From an uncultured Thermoplasmata archaeon (GTDB lineage: Archaea > Thermoplasmatota > Thermoplasmata > Halarchaeoplasmatales > Halarchaeoplasmataceae), in assembly GCA_964399335.1 (NCBI GenBank), contig CAYNQI010000006.1, forward strand, positions 1 through 32,704: a stretch of 32,704 nt of DNA, given 5' to 3'. This document shows, in pieces, positions 27,600 through 32,704 of the stretch; position 1 is the stretch's first letter, and each line of letters begins with the position of its first letter. The notes below the pieces were generated by a model. That model ran no database searches. It was not told the DNA's origin and saw only the letters and a program-made list of their open reading frames with translations. Position numbers and translations under genes: made by a program.

Positions 27600-27932
27600 T
27601 TGTTAGACAAACATCACAGTTTGATGAACTTGATATCATTGATAGTAATTTTGTATCTTCTTATGATAAATTTTTCTTCATTTTTGTTGTTCGGGATAGA
27701 TAAGTATAAAGCAAAAAATAATAAAAGAAGAATATCCGAGAAAAATCTTTTTTTCCTGTCTTTTATAGGTGGCATTTTTGGATCTCTATTAGGTATGAAA
27801 ACATACAGACATAAAACTAAGAAATTGAGCTTCAATACTGCTATCTTTTTCTTGTTAATATGGAACTTTTTCATATACCTAATCATAATAGACCAGTTAT
27901 TTTATGAGATAATCAAGTTCATACCTATTTAA
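27600..27932 (+). CDS. DUF1294-family small membrane protein
   Basis: FGIDKYKAKNNKRRISEKNL...GGIFGSLLGMKTYRHKTKK.SF matches the DUF1294 DK.A...RI.E..L..GG..G...HKT.K pattern. In bacteria this domain is often fused to a cold-shock domain. Confidence 0.6.
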   Translation: MLDKHHSLMNLISLIVILYLLMINFSSFLLFGIDKYKAKNNKRRISEKNLFFLSFIGGIFGSLLGMKTYRHKTKKLSFNTAIFFLLIWNFFIYLIIIDQLFYEIIKFIPI

Positions 27933-28043
27933 GATGAGAGAGAACCTTGAGATTTTTTTGGTAAAATATTACATCATCTTTAAGTTCTAAAGAAAAATTC
28001 ATTTCACTTAAGCTTCTGAGGAGGTAAAATATTACATTCAACT

Positions 28044-29123
28044 TCAAAACGGTTTCTGGTAATCTTCATAGATGACCTCATGTCTTAGTTTGTTCAACCT
28101 CTCTTCTAGATCAGCCTTCTTGTGCTCTATACTTTGGACGGCGTCATAGTATGTGTTTTTATCTATTTCATAATCAGCTAACTTTTGAGCTAAAGAGCTT
28201 TTCTTATCATCTAGCGTTTCCAATTCCACTATCGTTTCTTTGTATTCCCGATACTTTTCTTCCAAACCTGATAAAAGTTCTCCAGCCTTCTTTACATCAC
28301 CTTCATCTAAAGCTGAATCGATACCTCTTGTATCTATCATACGTTCATCTTCCTTGAGTTGAGAGATCGTCTTTTTTATATCACTCAAGGAATTATATGC
28401 TTTCCTATCTTTACTAATTTCTTCAATTGTTTTACTTTTTTTCTGAGCAGTTTTTACTTTTTTACTTCGTCTGACCCATACAGTCTTATCTATAGATTTT
28501 TCGAATCCTACCTGATTTTGGTAAATTATTTTCAGATCGAGAGATGAGTTTTCTCTTGTTGTTTTTCCTTTCATATACACCTTATTAACCCTATTTTCTC
28601 CAGCTTTCAATATATCTATTGCTGAATCTTGTCGGATCTCTGTCCCTCCTTCAGATCGAATACGGATATTGAATGCATCGTGGTTTCCTAAATTGGAGAT
28701 GATTATGTCTTCCCTTGTCCACTTCTCCGGACGGAGTTCTATATTTTCAACTTCAACTTCTAAATCTGGGAAGGCCCTCCATATCCTTTCCCTATCTTTT
28801 AAAGTTCTAAATATCTGCTCCGTATTTTTGTCTCTTGCAGAATGCCCAAGACCTTTTCCTCTAAATATGATTATACTCTTTTTTGTTTTTATCTCGATAT
28901 ATTTGGGGTTCATCCATATATCAAATAAGTTCATTTCGATATGTTCTATCTCTGAAGGATGAATTCTTATATTTTGTTTCTTTCCATGATATCTTATCTC
29001 GTGTCCGATTATCAATGTTCCCTTATCTGGTACCGGGGATCCCCATCCTTCTAGGCCCTCTTTTTCTTTTTGGGTATAAAAACGAACACTTTCAAACCGA
29101 GATTCATTTAATTTACTCTTCAT
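28044..29123 (-). CDS. Paralogue P2: soluble N-terminus (possible bacterial-PH-like fold) plus the conserved C-terminal module
   Basis: ...ERMIDTRGID...LAQKLADYEIDKNTY...LRHEVIYEDYQKPF. Its last 34 nt, stop codon included, are identical to P3. Confidence 0.7.
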   Translation of the reverse strand: MKSKLNESRFESVRFYTQKEKEGLEGWGSPVPDKGTLIIGHEIRYHGKKQNIRIHPSEIEHIEMNLFDIWMNPKYIEIKTKKSIIIFRGKGLGHSARDKNTEQIFRTLKDRERIWRAFPDLEVEVENIELRPEKWTREDIIISNLGNHDAFNIRIRSEGGTEIRQDSAIDILKAGENRVNKVYMKGKTTRENSSLDLKIIYQNQVGFEKSIDKTVWVRRSKKVKTAQKKSKTIEEISKDRKAYNSLSDIKKTISQLKEDERMIDTRGIDSALDEGDVKKAGELLSGLEEKYREYKETIVELETLDDKKSSLAQKLADYEIDKNTYYDAVQSIEHKKADLEERLNKLRHEVIYEDYQKPF

Positions 29124-29398
29124 TTTTTTTGGTCCATTTTCTTGTCTTTGGAATTAGAGATATATATTTATAATTTTATCTTCAACCTAAAACCCTTCTA
29201 CCAATCTTAGTAAATGACTTTCTGTCGTGATCTTTCGAGTCTGTTTTTTTAGCTAATTTCTCCACGCTTTTTTTTGCGGAACCCCTCGTTACGATTTCTA
29301 ATCCTCTCGAATGTCTATCAATTCCGATCCTATCGGTTCTGAAAACAATTACATAGTCTGATGTTGGCGTAATTTTCTAATATCCCTGTCAAAGTTTG

Positions 29399-30532
29399 TC
29401 AAAACGGTTTCTGGTAATCTTCATAGATGACCTCTTTGCGAAGCCTGTTTAATTCTTCCTCAAGATCTGACTTTCTCCATCTTACACTCTCACTAGCATC
29501 ACTATAAGTTTTTCTATCGATCTCACCGTCAGCTAATTTCTCGGCCAATCTACTCTTTCTATCATCTAATTTACCTAACTGTTTTAATGTATCCTTATAC
29601 TTTTCATAGTTTTCTTTGAGATCATTAAAAAGTTCCTCCGCTTCCTCTACTTTATTTTCTTCTAGGAGAGTTTCTATTTCTCGGGTATCGATCATTTTTT
29701 CTTCTTCTTTTAAAAAATCGATCTCTTTATTTAATCTCTCTTTTTTCTCGCTTATACTTTCTTTAAAGCTTTCTTTTGATAAAGGTGGTGGCATCGGCTG
29801 GTTATCTTTACTTGAAGTTCTTTGATCCTCTTCTGATCTTGTTGGAAATGGTTGGTCATAAGAGTTAGGTTTTGATGGTTGTTGTTGCCATCGTGCTCGC
29901 TGTCTATCATATCCATATTGCATTCTCTCTGGCATTGATTTAGTTGTATATATTGTTCCAAAAGCTACTAAATTTAATATCCCAGCGGCTATGGACATGA
30001 ACCAAGAATATGTTCCACCCCATGACAAATGAAAATTAGAACCATAAATATCCTCATTACTCGATCCGAAGAAGCTTTCATGGGGACCAGATTCGGAACT
30101 GTAAAATTCCTCTTCATTCCAAGCATCAGGTAGTGAAACCATCATATAGACAGGCGCTATCAAAGCAATAATGAAACCGATTAGTACAAGTACAGCACCG
30201 ACTTTTGGAGACAATTTCCCTGTAGCTACAATAAATGCCCCTACACTTCCAAGAGCAGTAAAGAAAATGGAGATCATTACGAATATTTTAGACATATTTA
30301 ATACGTCTGCGGGTTCAAAATCCTCTGGATATTCATCTCTCTCAGTATCTGTACCGTCATAATCCTCCGATGAAATTTCCATCTCATCAAAATATAAATC
30401 AAGGCTAGTAGCTCTATCATCATCTTCTGGTTCAATACTGTAATTATACCAAGGTAGTAAGAAAGTAAATGAAAGGAGTACTAATGCAACAATTGTTAAT
30501 CCTAATCCAGCAACTACTTTCTTTTTTACCAT
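29399..30532 (-). CDS. Paralogue P3: N-terminal signal/TM region, D/E-rich segment, three further TM helices, P-rich linker, then the conserved C-terminal module
   Basis: ...EKMIDTREIE...LAEKLADGEIDRKTY...LRKEVIYEDYQKPF. Confidence 0.7.
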   Translation of the reverse strand: MVKKKVVAGLGLTIVALVLLSFTFLLPWYNYSIEPEDDDRATSLDLYFDEMEISSEDYDGTDTERDEYPEDFEPADVLNMSKIFVMISIFFTALGSVGAFIVATGKLSPKVGAVLVLIGFIIALIAPVYMMVSLPDAWNEEEFYSSESGPHESFFGSSNEDIYGSNFHLSWGGTYSWFMSIAAGILNLVAFGTIYTTKSMPERMQYGYDRQRARWQQQPSKPNSYDQPFPTRSEEDQRTSSKDNQPMPPPLSKESFKESISEKKERLNKEIDFLKEEEKMIDTREIETLLEENKVEEAEELFNDLKENYEKYKDTLKQLGKLDDRKSRLAEKLADGEIDRKTYSDASESVRWRKSDLEEELNRLRKEVIYEDYQKPF

Positions 30533-30639
30533 AATATCGATTCAAGTTCATTAGAAAATAATAAAAGAAATATATATCACTTATGAACAGATGAAAGATT
30601 TGAGTCTTTTATATACCTTAAATATTATGGTTAACTTTT

Positions 30640-30950
30640 GTGAGAGTTTGAGAGAGCTGTAAGTCCTCTTCTTTTAGTGAGTGGATATACGGACTCTCTC
30701 AAAAAGGAAAACCTCATCTGCTACTTTCGTAAAATTCTGGTGTCGGGATGTCGGAAAGCTCCCAGTTCCCCAATCTGATGGAGAGCGTTAGGACAGGAGA
30801 GGATGAACAACTCTCCTGAATGAATAAAGCCTCTTCTGACATCAGGAGTACCGTGACCGTACTCGAAGTCGCTATTGACGACCTAACCTCTGGATACTAC
30901 CCGTAGAGAGACAAGTTAGCGAGGTGGATGAGGAGGTCACTAGTCTCTGT
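30640..30950. ncRNA. Candidate structured RNA of unknown class: a ~310-nt GC-rich (~48% against ~30% background) island packed with perfect hairpins. Strand undetermined
   Basis: Hairpins include CAGGAGAG-9nt-CUCUCCUG (30793-30817), GAGUAC-7nt-GUACUC, and AGAGAC-31nt-GUCUCU. CUGAUG (30772-30777) pairs with CAUCAG (30838-30843) to enclose a sub-domain, and a GAGAG/CUCUC helix sits at the 5' end. There is no ORF. Confidence 0.35.
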
Positions 30951-32018
30951 CTAGAATGGTTTTGCATAATCTTCATGAATCACCTTGTTGCGAAGATCAC
31001 TTAATTTTTCTTCTATTTTTGCTTTTCTATATTCAATACTTTCACTGGCATCTCGATACGTTTCTCTGTCTATTTCACCATCAGCTAATTTTTCAGCTAG
31101 TGTAGTTTTTCTTTTATCTAGAGATCTTATCATATCCAATGTTTCTTGATATTCTGAGAAATCTTTTTTCAATGAAGATAGTTCCTCATTGATTTTTACA
31201 AAATCCTCTTCAGATATTGCTTTCTCTATCTCTCTAATATCTATCATCGGTTCTTCTTCTTTAAGATCTTCAATCTCTATTTTTGCCTCTGCGATTGTTG
31301 ATATTTCAAGTTCAGAGTCCTCATCCCTATTTTCATCTTCCTCTTCTTTTTCATTCTCCTTTTGTTCCTCTTCCTGGACTTGATTATCTTCTTCTAGATG
31401 GTAGTCTTCGGGGATATAAGGGAGAGATGGAGATTCTTGTTTGTTAAAAGGATAGTTTTCCTCTTCGTCCTCTTGATCTGATGTGGGAACAGATTCAAAA
31501 TCATCTGTAGATGTTTCTATTTCCTCAATAGTTCTTCCACCTATTAGAACTATAACAATACCAACAATAACAAGCCAATAACCCATATTCGCCTGGAATA
31601 CAAAAAAAGGTAATTCATATGCATCAACTAGTATAATGAACCAATAACCTTCAAAAATCAAAAGTACAGCTAGAGTTATATACCCATATTTCAAAACTTT
31701 ACTTTTACTCTCTGCAGAAGAAAATAACAAGATCAATACCGCTGCAATAGGGATGATGAAGACTATACTTAAAGATCCACCTACAATGTGATAACCATCA
31801 ATAGCTAGATTTAATCCGGATAAAGAAGAAAACCAATTCAAAAAGAAAGATAGGATCATAATTATACTTCCAACAATCGATAACGCTGCACCTACAGATA
31901 GACTTTCCCTTGGCTTGATAAATCCTAGGTTTTTCTTTTCTCTCTCCTTTTTTAAAGATGTTATTTCAATAACTGCTTTTACAATAATTATAACTGCGAT
32001 TATAAGCGTGAAGAACAA
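30951..32018 (-). CDS. Paralogue P4: five-TM N-terminal domain, long acidic linker, then the conserved C-terminal module
   Basis: ...EPMIDIREIE...LAEKLADGEIDRETY...LRNKVIHEDYAKPF. Confidence 0.7.
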   Translation of the reverse strand: MFFTLIIAVIIIVKAVIEITSLKKEREKKNLGFIKPRESLSVGAALSIVGSIIMILSFFLNWFSSLSGLNLAIDGYHIVGGSLSIVFIIPIAAVLILLFSSAESKSKVLKYGYITLAVLLIFEGYWFIILVDAYELPFFVFQANMGYWLVIVGIVIVLIGGRTIEEIETSTDDFESVPTSDQEDEEENYPFNKQESPSLPYIPEDYHLEEDNQVQEEEQKENEKEEEDENRDEDSELEISTIAEAKIEIEDLKEEEPMIDIREIEKAISEEDFVKINEELSSLKKDFSEYQETLDMIRSLDKRKTTLAEKLADGEIDRETYRDASESIEYRKAKIEEKLSDLRNKVIHEDYAKPF

Positions 32019-32158
32019 ACATACATTTTTAGGTATAATATTATTTCCTCCGCATGCACTATACCTAATATATATTAACTATATATAATTTATTTTTCCA
32101 CTCACCATTTCTATGTTTTCTTCGGGCCTTTTATTAAGATATCGTTAAAATACATTGT

Positions 32159-32704
32159 TTAAAAAGGTTTTTCATAATCCTCGTAGACCACCTTATTTCG
32201 AAGTTTGCTTAGTTTTTCTTCTAACTCTGCTTTCCTATGTGTAATACTTTGATTTGCATCATTATAAGTATCCCGGTCTATTTTTCCATCAGCCAATTGT
32301 TCCGCTAATGAATATCTTCTTTGATCTAACTTTTTCAATGTATCTAAAACTTCTGTATACTCTTCATAGTTCTCTTGGAGTTCAAACAGATGATCTTCAG
32401 CTCTTTCTATTTTCCCCTCCTCTAGAGCTTGATCTATTTTCCTTGTATCTATCATCTTTTCATCCTTCTTTAAAGAATCGATGCCTTTCTCTATCTTTTT
32501 GATCTTTTTTAGATGATCATTATTCTCTTGTGATAAATTTCTAGAACCCTCTAATAATTTATCATTAGATCCCATGTTTCTATTTGTAGTATTTTGAAAT
32601 CTTTCTAGTTGTTTGTTTCCATCGAATTTAGTCTCTGAATCTTCTACACTCTTTTGAAACCTTTCTGAATAAGGTGCTGGTGGGGGAGGTGGTTTCTGTT
32701 GATA
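32159..32704 (-). CDS. Paralogue P5, partial: the ORF stays open to the window edge, the N-terminus lies beyond 32704, and there is a Pro-rich linker
   Basis: ...EKMIDTRKID...LAEQLADGKIDRDTY...LRNKVVYEDYEKPF. The reading frame continues without a stop past the annotated Met at 32575 (...YQQKPPPPAPYSERF...). Confidence 0.65.
   Translation of the reverse strand, partial: YQQKPPPPPAPYSERFQKSVEDSETKFDGNKQLERFQNTTNRNMGSNDKLLEGSRNLSQENNDHLKKIKKIEKGIDSLKKDEKMIDTRKIDQALEEGKIERAEDHLFELQENYEEYTEVLDTLKKLDQRRYSLAEQLADGKIDRDTYNDANQSITHRKAELEEKLSKLRNKVVYEDYEKPF

Noticed and set aside
26710-30362. Plus-strand ORFs inside the paralogues (26710..27153, 28151..28357, 28359..28547, 28669..28962, 28883..29173, 29616..29825, 30171..30362, 31189..31383, 32254..32502), minus ORF 29752..29961, and minus ORF 27614..27886
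   Set aside because: All are antisense to the conserved paralogue family, or overlap the DUF1294 gene, which carries the domain motif. None has homology features.
30640-30950. Possibility that the GC-rich island is a protein-coding gene or decayed pseudogene
   Set aside because: No frame is open for more than ~23 codons. The stems are too regular and too perfect for coding sequence. It is retained as an ncRNA candidate instead.
30640-30950. Specific assignment of the island as SRP RNA or RNase P RNA
   Set aside because: I found only weak resemblances: a GAAA hairpin followed by GCAG on the minus strand, and GGAAAG on the plus strand. I could not locate the conserved P4 or helix-8 pairings by eye, so the class is left open.
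26607-32704. CRISPR array or a diversity-generating retroelement behind the repeated 3' ends of the paralogues
   Set aside because: The repeated units are ~300-nt coding segments inside long ORFs, not 25-40-nt repeats with unique spacers. No reverse transcriptase or cas gene is present.

Overview
This 32.7-kb window is a very AT-rich (roughly one-third GC) chromosomal segment from an archaeon. The archaeal call rests on geranylgeranylglyceryl-phosphate synthase (GGGPS), an alpha2-type tRNA-splicing endonuclease, SRP19, ribosomal protein eS8, archaeal-type tRNAs (tRNA-Gln with an A1:U72 pair) and an FtsZ homologue with a ribbon-helix-helix (RHH) regulator upstream. The left ~15 kb is mostly housekeeping: tRNA-Asp, GGGPS, tRNA-Gln, a metallophosphoesterase, EndA, SRP19, eS8, HisRS, an aminotransferase, carbamate kinase, QueF, an FtsZ-like protein and rubrerythrin. 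It also carries a bacterial-type cold-shock protein and an ~850-bp gene desert. Directly 3' of tRNA-Thr (14970-15043) the content turns accessory and poorly characterised. First, a minus-strand cluster encodes a P-loop GTPase, a degenerate tandem paralogue of it, and a 501-aa protein built from three ~85-aa repeats; it is divergently paired with a flotillin-like protein (SPFH/band-7 domain, long coiled coil, C-terminal zinc ribbon). Second, an overlapping operon encodes a GCS2-type carboxylate-amine ligase fused to alpha/alpha-toroid repeats, a second toroid-repeat protein ending in a zinc ribbon, and an amidohydrolase. Third, and most striking, a co-oriented array of at least five paralogous genes (26607 to the window end) shares a ~105-aa C-terminal module: coiled coil, a SHOCT-like 'LAEKLADGEIDRxTY' motif, and an invariant '...VIYEDYxKPF' tail. 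Their N-termini are entirely unrelated (multi-pass membrane, acidic, PH-like or coiled coil). A ~310-nt GC-rich, hairpin-dense island (30640-30950) sits inside the array and is a candidate structured RNA. No CRISPR array, rRNA, transposase or integrase was seen. All functional calls come from motif recognition by eye, not from database searches.
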